This document shows positions 23,983-37,000 of a stretch of 64,000 nucleotides of DNA, one piece after another. The stretch is from Bilabrum cf. latius (Eukaryota). Location: contig OZ237750.1 in assembly GCA_965178125.1 (NCBI GenBank), positions 992,001 to 1,056,000 of the forward strand, read 5' to 3'. The translations under genes and the position numbers were made by a program. The notes under the pieces are model-generated. The model saw only the letters and a list, made by a program, of their open reading frames with translations, searched no databases and was not told the origin of the DNA. Positions within the stretch are counted from its first letter, which is position 1, and each line of letters starts with the position of its first letter.

Positions 23983-26796
23983 TCACTGGGGCTGCAGCAG
24001 CTTGCTGATCATGAAGCTCAGCTCGATGGCCAGTTCCCTCCTCGAGTGGTACCTGTCGCTCGCCGAGAAATGCCCCGAGGTCATGTCTGTCTTGAGCAGG
24101 ATGTGCCTCTTGTCTCCCTCCTCGCCCTTGCCTCCGTCCGCGTGCTTGGCCTGCAGGTGAGCCGCCCACTTGGCAGGCTCCCAGTACGCCACCCGGGGGT
24201 CATGTAGCCCCGCGCAGATGAGCACGTTCGGGTAGGCGACTCCCTCCTTGACCATCTGCATGGGCGAGTAGCTCAGCATGCACTCGTGGAACCTCTCGTC
24301 GTGGGGATTGCCCCACTCCGTCCACTCCCCCGTGGTCAGCGGGATCGACGGGTCGCTCATCGTCACCATCAGGTCCACGAACGGCACGTCGGCGAGGCAC
24401 GCGTGCCACAGGTCAGGCTCGCGCAGGATCGCGTTCCCCACCAGCAGCCCGCCTGCAGACCCTCCCCCGCACCCAAGCCTGCCCTCTTTGCCCCAGCCCA
24501 GGTGAACCAGGCGCCGGGCGCACGCATTGAAGTCCGTGAAGGTGTTTGGTTTCTGAAGCAGCCTGCCCTGCTCCTCGTACCAGTACCGGCCCAGGTCGCC
24601 CCCACCCCGCACGTGCGCCACGCCCACCACGATGCCCCTGTCGGCATACGCCAGCTTGGCCACGGAGAAGTACGGGTCCGAGGAGATGCCGTAGGAACCG
24701 TATCCCTCCAGCATCAGCGGCGGGGCCTCTCCCTTGGACCAAGGGGGACTCTCCTCGTCCGATGCCGCGCCCGCTCCCGAGGCGGGACCCACCTGGTCCG
24801 TGCCCGCCCGCGCTGCCTCTTCTGCAGCCTTCTTCGCTCCCTCCGACCGCATGGCATCAGGCCTCCACAGCAGCGAGATGGGCACGTGCACCCAGTCGTC
24901 CAGCGAGGCTGCCGCGGGCAGGGGGGCGCCCTCTGGCAGCGCGTGCCGGGGCACCTTCGCGTGCACCACGGTGGACCTGTACTTGCTGGGGTCCGTGTTC
25001 GGGACGTCTCTCCGCTTCAGCAGCATGTACTGGCTTGGGTCAGCCGCGAGCGTGGCCGCCCTCTCCTCACAGGCGGCTGTCCTGTGAGCGCACCTGGTCG
25101 CGTCGAACTGGTACGTGGAGGAGGGGGAGAGCATCGAGGTGGACGTCACGCGCACGAGGGAGGTGTCGTAGTCCAATTCCTGGGGGGAGGCATACACGCA
25201 GGACGCGCCCTCGCCCCCCCCCGCGGGGAGCACCACCAGCGGGGGGGCCCTGGGCAGCACGGGGCGGTCCGGCCCAGGGAGCTCCGTGATACCATCCACC
25301 GTGCTGGGGGGCACGTGCCTGTCGCCCCCCTCCGACTTGGACACCGCCCCGCCCTTCTCTGCCGCGATCTTGGCGCAGGCAGCCTCGGCCTCGTCCAGCG
25401 CTGCACCGTGCACCACCCATGACCGGGGGAAGCCGCCCTGGCGGCCACCGAGCACGGCGAAGTTGCGCCGCGCCACGCACGAAGTCAGCTGGATGCCACG
25501 GTTGTAGGGCCGCAGCTCCACCCATGCGTTCTCCCCCCTGGCTTCGTCCAGCGAGTCCAGGGGCGCGAGGAACAGGGAACCTTCCCGACGGCCATTGCGG
25601 TTGCTCACGATGTACATGGTCCCCTCACGCACTGAGACGCGGTACTTGTGCCCGGCCCGCCGGGGAGCAACGGTCCGCAGCAGCCCCTTGACCGGGGCCT
25701 CCAGGTCCTGGGCCGCGACTGCCCTTAGGTCCACTAGGGAGGTCTCGCTCGTGTCCGCGCGGCCCGACCTGAGGAGCAGGAACCTCCTGTCGACCGTGGT
25801 GATGAGTCCGACCCTCATGGTGTCGTCCTTCTCCTCGAACAGGAGCTCGTCCTCGTCCTGGGGGCGGCCCATCACGTGCCTCCACACCTTGTGCGGGCGC
25901 AGGGTCTCGTCGTTTGTCACGTAGTAGAGCGTGCGATCGTCTGGGCCCCACTCCACGTCACCTGACGTGTTGGTGAGCACCTCTCCCAGCGCACTCGCTG
26001 GCATCCTGGGCACTTGTCCTGTTGCTGCCTCCGGGGAGCTCTCCAGCGGCTTGAAGTGCACGTCGTACGTCTCGTTCCCGGACAGGTCCACGGCGTAGGC
26101 GAGCACAGTCTCGGAAGGAGACACCTCAGTCACGCCCACGTCGCAGTGCTCGTGCCCGGCGGCCACCTCGTTCTCGTCCAGCACCACCTCCTCGGGACTG
26201 TCGCCGGGGATCTCCTCGGGCTTCCGCGGGGCGCGCTCCGGTACGTCAGAGGCGCTTCGCGACGCGGTCTCTGCCTCGGCTGCGGCGGCGCCAGCCGGTC
26301 TGGCCTCCATTGCTGGTGCAACTGCTGCCTTTCTGCAGTAAATCGAATACGATTTCCCCTTTTCTTGCCTCGAATAGTAGTAAAATGCCCCATGGCGGTG
26401 AGGCAGCCCGACATCTGTCTCTCTCATTCTGGAGATCAGTTCTTTGTACAGCTCGCCCTTCAGCTCATCCATAGGACCCTCCATCTAGGCCTTTGCGTAC
26501 TCATTCTGTGCGTGGAGCCATCCCAGAACCTCCGGGTCCCTCCTTGTCTCGTCTCTAAGCCATGCATACTTATCTTCTATTTCACGCGGTGGATCCACCC
26601 ATTTTTGAATATTGGCCTTCTCAGGTGATTTCCAGTAGTCTGTCATCACTGGGACCTTTCCAAATGCCACTTTGCGGCTGCCTTTGCGCGCTGTTGGGGG
26701 TCTGGAGCGCCGGAGTGCCATCCGTGTTGTAATTGCCGCCGATGCCAGGAATGTCGTCCCGGCAAACGCCAAAGTACCAGTGAATATCGACTGCAT
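23983..26796 (-). CDS. Oligopeptidase B (peptidase S9A)
   Basis: DKYAWLRD, GYGSYG, HVRGGG, GGSAGG (Ser), LHDPRVAYWEPAKW (Asp), SGHF (His). N-terminal part joined across TAG 26485; ends TGA. Confidence 0.93.
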
Positions 26797-27186
26797 ATTG
26801 AATCGTGGATGAAGCGGATATGCAACCCTTCCCGTGACGTACCGCTGGGCGACTAGATCTAGTGGCTATCGTGCAGTGCATCCGCAAGATCGGATCAAAC
26901 TGTGCACCAGACAACCATTGCAGACAGACGTCAAGTAGTTGCATCAACTTATCGAAATGATCTCGAACCGCAGCATCAGTAGCAAAATTAATCAAACACA
27001 TTCTGGAACACAAGCGGCGTGATTGCCTCCAGTGGTTTAGCAACCCACTGGATCGAATCGCACCGACCTGTTCCACCGGCAGCACCAGGGCAGCATCGAT
27101 CGATCGAGGCCGTCCTCTGTGCGCCGTTTCTTTGCAGTGGCAGTGGCAGTGGCGTGCAGCGCGGACCAATCGGCAGCGCGCACGAC

Positions 27187-30100
27187 TCAGATGGCATTGC
27201 CCGTCCCAGTGGTAGCAGCAGGGGCAGGAGCAGGAGCAGGAGCAGGAGCGGCAGCAGTGGCAGGAGCAGGAGCGGCAGCAGTGGCAGGCGCAGGGGCGTC
27301 ACTCTGGATGAGTGCTTGCACGGGCTGCGACTGCGACTGCAGGCCCATCGGAGGCTGAGGCCGAGGCGGCTGCGACTGCACGCCGGCAGGCTGGGACACA
27401 TTTGGCGCCTGGTGCAAGGGCAACTACACACCCGTGCCTGCCCCCATGGACACACCCGGCATGGATGCACCCGGGCCTGCCCCCATGGACACACCCGGCA
27501 TGGATGCACCCGGGCCTGCCCCCATGGACACACCCGGCATGGATGCACCCGTGCCTGCCCCCATGGACACACCCGGCATGGATGCACCCGGGCCTGCCCC
27601 CATGGACACACCCGGCATGGATGCACCCGGGCCTGCCCCCATGGACACACCCGGCATGGATGCACCCGGGCCTGCCCCCATGGACACACCCGGCATGGAT
27701 GCACCCGGGCCTGCCCCCATGGACACACCCGGCATGGATGCACCCGGGCCTGCCCCCATGGACACAGCCGGCATGGATGCACCCGGGCCTGCCCCCATGG
27801 AAAGCGCCCCAGGCACACTGGGAGGACCGCCACCCTGCGAGGCCATAGCCATCGGCATGGGCATGGGTGCGGAGGGCAGGGGCTGGAGGGCCCCCCCGGG
27901 ACCCAACTTGAAGCGCATGGAAGCCACTGCCGCTGCCTGCGCGCTGGGTCTGGCCACCCCCGCGCCCCGCCTGCTCCCCCCGCCCATCAGCCCCCCGGGC
28001 AAGGTCCCTGGTGGCAGGCTCTGTCCCTTCTCCACCAAGATGGTCTTGCCCCCCCTGCTCAGCACGTCGAACGGGAGGGCATCGCCCTCGTGCTCCTGCC
28101 TGAAGCGGATGCACGGCAGCCACAGCCGCTTCCGCTCGTTGCGGAACCAGTCCGTGACCCGGGTCATGCTCAGCTTGGTCCTCTCGGCCAGCTCCTGCTT
28201 CATGGTCTCGGTCGGGTAGGGCGCGTTCCAGTGGTCCGACACCCACTGCTTGAGCATATTCACACTCTCGCGGGGCAGCCGCTGGTGCTCCACATAGGAA
28301 AGGCTCTCGGCTTTGCCCAGGTACCACTCGGGAGGCCGGATGCCCTTGCCGCTGTCCTCGGCCAGCAGGCCCCGCACCGTGAGCTTCTTGCGGGGAGTGG
28401 GCCGGCTGCCGCCCCCGCGCCCCCGGCCCCGCCCCCGGCCCCGCCCGCTCTTGCCCCGAGTGGCACTGCCCCGCCCCCGGCCTCGCCCCCTGCCCCGACT
28501 GCTCCCCGTTGCCGTGGTGCTTCCCCCCTGGGACCCAGCAACGGGCGAGTCGTCCTCGCCCGCAAGCCTGGGCTTGCGCAAGGGGTTGCCACTGCTGCTG
28601 CTTGCATCCTCGTCGTCTCTGCGCGGCCTGCCCCTCTTCCTCTTGCGGGAGCCGGACGAACCCAGCCGATAGCCATCCTCCTCGTCCTCCTCATCTCCCG
28701 CCGCAGCGCGCGCCAGCTTGTAGGAGGCCTTGCGCGGGCGGCCTCCGATACCGGTGGCCCGGCGCGACCCCAGGCCCGTACCAGCCACCCGCTCCATCCG
28801 CTCCTGGTGTGTCGGGGGCGCCTTCCCGCTCCCTCCCCTGGCCGCCTTGCCCGAGTACGAGGAGGAGGAGGTGCCCAAGGACCGCGTCTCTGTCCCCGCG
28901 GGACTGGAGCTGATCATGGCGAGCGCGGCCGCGGCCTCGTTCTCTTCGGCGTCCTCGTCCTCGTCGCCCAGACCCATCTCACTGGCCATCCGACTCGCTG
29001 CCGTGCCCAGCAAGTGCATCGTGCCCCCGCTCCGGTCTCCGGTCTTGCTTCTGCCCCTGGCCCGCTGCATGCCCCGGTCCGCCCCACCTCTGCCTGTCGG
29101 CTCCTCTCCGTAGCCCCCCAGGCCCGACCCGAAGCCCTGGTCCCAGCTGCGTGGTCCCCATTGCGGAGACCCCGGGGTCGGTCCCCCCCCCAAGGCGGGC
29201 TCCCAGCCCACAGGGCCCTGCAGGACGGGTCCTGCGCCCGGGAAGGGGCCCTGGCTCATGCGAGTGGCCTGCTGCTCCATCTGCTGCATCTGCAGCACGA
29301 TCTGCTGGTGGGCTGCCTGCGCAACCCGCTCCGAGACCATGACCATGCGACGCCCATCCTGCTCCACCACCGCCGAATGCGGGTCCCGGCCCGGTAGGAT
29401 AGACCGCAGCACCTCGACGATCACGTCGTTGGCAGGCAGCAGGCACACGTGCTGGCTGCCGTCGCTCGCGGCTGCCGGGGAATCGCCGTTCAACGAGCTT
29501 CCGCCAGACCCAGGCATCGAGCCAGACCCAGGCAACGAAGCAGACCCAGGCATCGAGCCAGACCCAGGCAACGAAGCAGACCCAGGCATCGAGCCCGGGG
29601 CTGGCCCCGGCCCTGGGACCTTTCCGTAGGTCGGAGGGAACGCCGGGCCAGAGCCGCTCAAGCCGCTCGGAGACACGCCCATGCCCCCTCCTGGCATGGC
29701 CGCCCCACCGCCAAACATGCCCGCCCCCCAGTCCCCAGGCCCAGGCCCAGGCCCTGGCCCAGTCGGCCTACCCGCGAAACCTGCGCCCAAACCTGGGACC
29801 AAGCCGCTCGCTGGTCCATTCCCCATCGAGGCGCCGAATCCAGCCACCCCAGCAGGGGCGCCGGGGCCGGGACCACTTCCAGCGACAACGCCAGCCATGC
29901 GGGCGCCAGGCCCGGCAGGTGGCTTGCCAGAGGAGGCCCCCCACGACGATCCACTCGGTCCAGGTGCGGGCGCCTGCCCTCCCACACCGGGGAGCGCGAA
30001 GCCGTTCCCGTTGCGCCCCGGCCCGTCCCCGCCTCCACCCATGCCGCCCATGCCGGAGCCCCAGCCCGACCCAGAGCCACCGAAGCCGCCGGAACCGGAG

Positions 30101-32817
30101 CTCCCTCCCGCGCCTGCGCCGGTGCCAGAGCCCCCTCTTTGGCCAGAGCCGTTTGAGGCGCCAGAGCCTCCGGTCGAGGCCCCGTTGCTGCCGCCGCTGC
30201 CCTGCATGGCCTGGCTGACCGCGGGGCCTCCTTGCCCTTGTCCCTGTTTGGGGTCCAGCAGCCTCCGCATGGCCATGGGGGTGTCCCTCAGCGACCTCCG
30301 CTTGTGCCCCGGAGTGGCCCCGGGAGACATCAGCCCAGCAGGGACCGCGTGGCCCGACTGCTCGTAGGCCTGCCGCATGGCCCGCCGCACCGTCCGCAGG
30401 GCACCAGCCAGCTGCACCCGGACCACGCTCAGGCTGCTGACCTTGGGCTGCACGTGAGAGGGGACGAGTGAAGGCACCGGGGGCCTCTCGTACCCAGAAG
30501 CACCGCGCCCGTCACCCACGGTCCGCCTCTGGTTGCTCGCGATGGTGGGCGAGTGCACCTCCGACTCGAGCCCGAGCCCGAGGGCGTTGTTGTTGCCCTA
30601 CCCGCTGAAGGCGAGCGACTGCATGAGGCCCTGGCCGTCGGACTGCTGCGGGCCAGCCAGTCCGGTGGGCCCTCTTTCTCCCCCCCGGGCCTCCCGGAAT
30701 ACCGCCCGGGCCTCATCCTCCGCGGACACGTGCATGTCAAGGCGGTCGCTGCCACGACTGGACTCGGCAAGATGCATCAAAGGGTCCGCGTTTCCGAAAT
30801 AGGCCACGCCCGAGCCCCCCATGGCGCCCAGCGAGCCGCCCTCTTGCTGCCTGCTGTCCCTCGCCGTGTCAAGGCGACGGTCCGACTCTGTGCTGGGCGA
30901 AGTGCTGAACTCGAACTCGAGAGGACCGCCGGGCTGCGCGCCCTGCTCCACCCCGAGCCCGAGGCGGCTCTGCGTTGATGCCGGGCTGCCACGGAAGAAT
31001 ACCCCCCTCGAGTTCTGGCCCCTCTGCTCGCCCCCCTGTCCCTGTCCCTGCATTCCCACGGCGGCAACAGGAGAGACGCCCAGAGCCGAGGAGCCGGTCG
31101 TGAACCCAGTCATGCCGCGGTGCTTGCTGTCCACGTTGCTGCTCCTGGACCCGCCCTCCTCGTTGCTCCCTAGTCCGTGTTCCCCACCCGCCCGAGACCC
31201 CAGCTCCCGCACCCACGCCTGCATGCCCCCGCTGCCGGTGCCCATCCTCCCCGGGGTCGCCTCCGTCAGCAAGGATCCGGGGGACGCGTCCATATTGCGG
31301 CTCCGAGTCCCCGTGCCGCCCCGCGTGCTCGAGGAGCCGCTGTTGGACCCGCCCGAGGAGGACCCGCCCGTCCCGCGCGCCCCCGAGGTAGTGCCCAGGG
31401 ACGGCACCTGCGCGAGCTGGCCCCCCTCCCGATCCACCTCTCTGCGCGTGCCTCGCTGGCCCTGGCTGCGGCCGGGGAAATCCCTCGTCACAGTGCCCCG
31501 TGTGTTCCCCGGTGAGACCCCCCTGCCGGTGGACAGCCCCGCAAACGCGTGGGGGCTCCTCCCGACTCCATCCCTCAGTCTCTCCTCCTACTCATCCGGC
31601 TCCTGGGTGCTGGCTGCCACGAGGTGCCTGGCTTCCACCCCGCTCGGGGTCATGCTCATGTCCACCTCCATGCTCATGCTCGCGGGGTACGCGCCCATGG
31701 AACTCGCCCCCCCGGCATTGGCAGAGGGATTCTGCATGCCTGCATAGGAAGTGGCGGTGTTGTCGCTCCCCAGCCGGCGAGGCATCCCATCGCCCTCGCC
31801 ACCGCCAGAGGGCCGAGCGGGCTAGCCGATGAGCCTCGAGTCGGAGCCCCTGGGAGCCTTCGACCTGCTGCCATGCCCCTGGCCGTGGCCTGGCTCCGAT
31901 TCGGTGCTCCACTCCCCCCGGCTGCCCCCGCTCCTGTTCCCTTGTGACCCGCTCGAGTTCTCGCTGCCCTCCCGCACGGGACCCAGCCGGCCGCCAGCCG
32001 ACGGCACCCGCTGCATCAGCGCTTCGTCATCTGCGGAGAGCTGCGGCCCGGAGTTCTGCGAGGAATGCGCAGGCTGTTCCCTGCCACCGGACTCCGACTC
32101 CAGCCGGAAGCTCCTGAGCCTCTGCAGCGTGGGATCGACCGACTCTAGCATCGAGGCGGCCCCGCGGATGCGGCGGACACTCACATTGGCACTAACTCCG
32201 CTGCTGCCAGAGCCCCCAGCGTGCATGCCCCAGCGGCTGAGTGATCTATTCGAAGTATTCCCACGGCCTGCAGCATCCACGGCCGCCTCTGCGGAAGGGC
32301 TTCCGCCGCGCAGCTGCAGCCTGGCATCGCCTGCCGTTGAGCCGGCCGGGGTCATGCCTGGAGAGAAATCGAGAGCTGCGCCTGCAGCGGCCGAGCCGGG
32401 AGTTACAGACATGTAATTAAATGACTGGTGCTGCATTACCGGGGAATCGTCGTGCATGCCGGCAAGCCCGAGGCGCGCTGGCTGAATGATTCCGCTTCCC
32501 GGCCCGGTGGCACTTCCGCTCGCGATCGAGGCCTGGCCCTGGCCACGGCCGCCAGGCGCTGCTTCGCCACCCATTGAAGAATCCCCTGATGAGATTGACA
32601 TCGCTTTCATGGCTACTCTTCCTTGGTTGCCATCAGACGAGGCCATGGCGGGCACTTGAACGATGGCATCACTCGAGAGTCGTGCTGAGCGGCCGCCCTC
32701 GGCTCCCATTTGGCTGCTGCTTCCACCAACTGCTGGCGCGCCTACGCCCGGTGCAAATCTTCCGATCATGCCAACTCCATGAGCGACTCTTCCATCTGAA
32801 GATGCCAGGAATCGCAT
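27187..32817 (-). CDS. Large low-complexity TALE-class homeodomain protein with AT-hook-like motif (5' end may extend to about 33085 or beyond via an intron)
   Basis: Homeodomain at about 28110-28290, LPRESVNMLKQWVSDHWNAPYPTETMKQELAERTKLSMTRVTDWFRNERKRLW (PYP loop), plus KRKRGRPRR. Same-frame ORFs joined across TAG 27424, 30598, 31588, 31822; ends TGA 27187. Confidence 0.8.
27429..27800 (-). repeat. 39-bp coding tandem repeat (MGAGPGASMPGVS), about 9-10 copies
   Basis: Unit cacccgggcctgcccccatggacacacccggcatggatg. Confidence 0.92.
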
Positions 32818-34056
32818 GGCTCTGCCAGCTGGTGACCTCTCAGTTGGGTTGTAGACTTGTCTAGTCTCCTGCTGAGCAAAGCTTGCGGCGTTCTACAGAA
32901 CCTGCCGCCTCGAAGATACCTGTACCTCCCTCCTGTCGCCTGGCTGGTGGAAGTGTTCGTGCTACTGCGGAGGGAAGCGAGGAAAGTGGTCCGATGCGCC
33001 TGACCCCCTCGATGTTCCGCCGATCTCCTCGCGCAGGGCAGAGCCTCTGCCGAGGAGCCTTGCTTCGGGCGAGCTTGTCCTTTCTACTGCGAGATAGAAC
33101 GATGAAGCACTTTGCGGCAATTAAATATCCAGCTAGGGCCGACGAGCGCCTGTGTCGTGTCGCCGAAGCAAACGTTTGCCCTTCAGCTTCGCCGGCCTCG
33201 TCACACGATCCGGCGAAGGCGACCCCCGGACAATTTTACAGCGAGCAATACGAAAAAGAACTAAGAAAAACATAAGATGCACAAGGGTCATCCAGATCCT
33301 ATCAAGGGGGGCTCGCTGCGAGCATGATACGGCTTCGTGTGGCTGCCAGGTCACCGATGGCTACGACCTTCTTCCAGCGCATCTGACCTCAATGGGCGGA
33401 CGAAACCTGATAACTATGACAAGTGTTTCACGTCATGGAGCTTTCAAAGCATCGGATACGGCGGCATCAGCGAAGCAGGGGCAGCCCACACGTGTGCACA
33501 CAAGCTGCTCGGCATTCTCAAGCAAACGATGGAAACTCACGGCCGTGTGGTGACTCGACTCTAAGGTTCTAGAAGCGAGCTAGGAGCTCTTGCTGGCTAG
33601 AGGTACTGTCTCTACCAGACCTTTGAGCCATGCACTATTGCGAGGCTCCTGGACGACCCCGTGGGCAACCGACACAGATCTTGAGACAGCCACGGCTATT
33701 GTAGCGATGGATCCCAAGAGCTTGGCGCTTCAAAGGAATTAAATTCAAACGTTTCCTCTTTTGTAGGCCCGATGGGTCCTATGGGCGCGCTAACTATGGA
33801 GCTAGACTGCCACAGGCATCGAACGACATGCGAGAGAGGTCCATGAAAAAAAACATGACAGTTGGTCGCAAAATGTTGGCTTGTGCGCAAAGCCGTTTTG
33901 GGGGGATTCAAGCCTCGCAGAGCATCGTTTGATTTGCCTTTTACTTTTGTACCCATAAGCCAACATACCGACCACCGTGCGAGCAGTCCTTGAACACCCC
34001 CAGAAGCTGTGCCCAGCTCACCGTGGCGTGCGCGACTGTGCACAGTCACTGGTCCA

Positions 34057-37000
34057 TCACCCGGGAGCGATTGGACCTTTCGGGTAGCCTGGCGGTGGCG
34101 GCGGGGGAGGCTTCGCGTCCGGCACCTTGCTCTCCTCCACGTCCCCGAACGGACTCCCCGCCGGCCACCGCGGGCCGGGCCCCGGGGGCGCCCCTTTCCC
34201 TGCCTGCGCCTCCGCCTGCGCCCTCGCGGCGGCGAAGGTGCCTCGCATGGCCACCGTCGCGGCCTGGGCGTCGTCGATGCGCACCTGCAGGCGATTGCGG
34301 GAGTCCTGCAGCCGCGCCAGCTCCGCGCAGTCCTCTGCGTTCAGCAGGTCGTGCTTGGGGACGGGGCAGGGGCAGTCGCAGCCCGTGCCAGCCGCCTGCA
34401 CCATCATCTCAGCGGGGGCGATGCGGAATGCAGCGGCAGCGCGGCGGCGGGCGCGATACAGCTCCGGGTCCGGAGGGCGGTAGAAGATCCCGAGAAACTT
34501 GGGGCGGTTGTAGGACCTGTCCGTGCGGTAGCCGCCCACCGGCCCGGCGAGTGCGGCTACCCCTGCCCGGGATGCCCTTGGCTCGCCCCCCCTGTCGCTG
34601 CCCGCGTCGAAGAATGCCCGCATGGCCTCCCTGGCGTCCATGCCCCGCCCGCTGACCTGCTTCACCAGCACCCGGGGGGGCATGCTCTCAGCGTCCACCA
34701 GAGCCTAGGGGAAGAACCGCCCCACCAGGGGAAACTCACCCCCCTTGTTCCCCAAGAGCTCCTCCGCCCCGGGGATGGGCCCGCGGTGCCGCATGGCAGA
34801 CAGGGGGACAGTGTACGCCGCCCCGTCGTGCCCCGCGAGCACCTGAACCAGGTCACCCATGAGCTTCGAGATGCGGGCGTGTGTCATGGGCCCGCTGGGT
34901 GGCGGCAGCGGGACCACCACTGCGTCTCCCTCCTCGAAGGGAGCCCCTGCCGGCTTGGGGACGGATGGCTTGAACTTGGCCTCCTGGGCGAGGGCCTCGG
35001 CATCTCGCTCGCGCGCCTGGGCCTCCTCCTGTTCCTTGGCCTCCATAGCGCCCTGCAGCGGGTCAAGCATGCCGGCCCTGGCGCGGGCAGCTGCCTCGAG
35101 TGCCTCCGGCCGGGCATTGGCCGCGACTGGAGTCACCCACTCTCGGTCCCCCGTCCCCGTCCCGCGCCCCTGTCCTGAGCCTGCCCCAGATCCCTCCTGC
35201 CCCTGCCCATGCCCCTGCTGCTCGTCATCCAGACGGGCCAGCGCCTCTGCCACGCCGTCCTCCACGAGCTGCTCCGCCCTCGAGTCAGCCATGCCCGCCC
35301 CCGCCCCTTCCCCCTCCACCGCCTCCTTCCCTGCCCCCGGGGACATCCAGTCGATGGCGTGCCCGCTGGCACCAGGAGCCGGAGCTGCACCTGCGGTGTC
35401 CGCTGCACCTCTCGTGCCCATCTGCTGCATACCGCGCATTCCCAGCATCCAGCTGCCGACCTCTTCATCAGAGGCCCCCTGTGGCGAAGGCAGCTGCAGC
35501 AAGCTGCTGCCTCCCACTCGGCCCCTGTTCACCCGAAGCCCACGGTGCAGGCCACCTCGGTGCACTCCCGCTTGGCTCTAGAGCAGCACGGAGTCGGCCG
35601 TCCAAATCGCCGGCAGAGCTGCCTGGCCCTCGCCCTCCTCCTCCTCGTCCCACACCGGGTCGCCCCCCGAACCCCACAAGCCATCGGCAAGCGCCTCGAA
35701 TGCGCCCACGTCCTGCACATCCAGAGCTGTAGCGATCTTCAGAGCGGCAGGCGAGTCCGGCGTGGATCTGCTCCCGTCTATTTCTTCTTCTCCTTCTCCC
35801 AGCTGCATGAGGCTCACCACCTCGCCGATGGGGGGCTTGGGCGGGTCCGCCTTGATGGCCAGCTGCGCAGGTGGGGGCGGCGCCCACCGCTGCTTGCGGG
35901 CGTTGAAGTACGACCAGAATCGATCGTTGGAAGCGGCGCGTCGAGCGGGGTCATCAAAGTGCACTGCGGGGCAGAAGGGGCTGCCCAGTTGGCACCGAGG
36001 TGCGGGCGGTGGGTTGCCCTGGGCGCCCACCTGCGCGAGCACCGCGCCTGGTTCGGAACCGTTGCGATTGTCGAGAGACGTTGGCAGGGGAGCGGGTGCC
36101 GGGGCCCCATCGCTCCCGCGTGCCACGCGGTGCGCCCAGCAGTCCTGCTCGGTTGCTGCTCCCAGCTCAACCCCACTCCGGCGTGACGAGCCCGAGGCAT
36201 CCCTTCCGAGCCCAGCCCCAGACAGCGCCTCAAAGCCCGCCATGCCCCTGCGTCCGAGCGCGCCCGCACCCGCACCCGCACCCGCACCCGCACCCGCCTG
36301 CAGGAAACTCGTGGGGCACGAGTCCCTGGGCAGCTTGCCCAGTGCCGCCATGAGCAGCCGCAGCAGGTCCCTCAGGATCTTGAGCTGCTCCACCACGTCG
36401 TTGGCGGCCCCCAGCCACTTCCCGTGCAGCTGCAGCATGCGCACCGTGTGGGCAGACCCGTCCGGGAATAGCTCCCCTTTCATGGTCGCTTCCATGCTGA
36501 TGCCGTGCCGATCGCCGTGCTCGGCCATCAGAAGGTACAGGTACTGCTTGTACGCGCGCGCGCGCGTGACCTCTGCCTCCTGGCCCTGGTACCGCAGCCG
36601 AGCGTGCATGCGATTGGCCTGGCCCGTGCTGCCGGGGCGCCCGGACCCCCCCGATACACTGCTCCAGAGCAGGTTGGCATCGATGTTGGTCCTCACGAGA
36701 GCCACCTGGGCCTCCTGCAGGTCGTTCATGAGGTCACGAAGCTGCCGCTTGCGGGACTTGCTGATCTCCATCATCTCCTTGGCCGTGGTGGCGCCCAGCT
36801 TCTGGGTCTGCTCGAAGACAGCCTTGCACATGGGCCCCAGCGCGCCAGGTTTACCCTTCTTGCCCCTCTCCTTGAGCGCGTGCGCCACCATGTAGCAGGC
36901 CGCGTAGTACCCATAGGACCGCAGCCCGCTGGCTTTCAGGGCGCCGGCCGCCTTGCTCGCGCATATGCTCTTCATCTCGACGTCGTGGTACCGGCACAGG

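Noticed and set aside
33121-33123. In-frame TAA upstream of the homeobox gene as evidence for sense UAA
   Set aside because: It lies upstream of a plausible 3' splice site near 33087, so it is likely intronic or outside the CDS. The TAA at 17947 likewise falls in a predicted intron.
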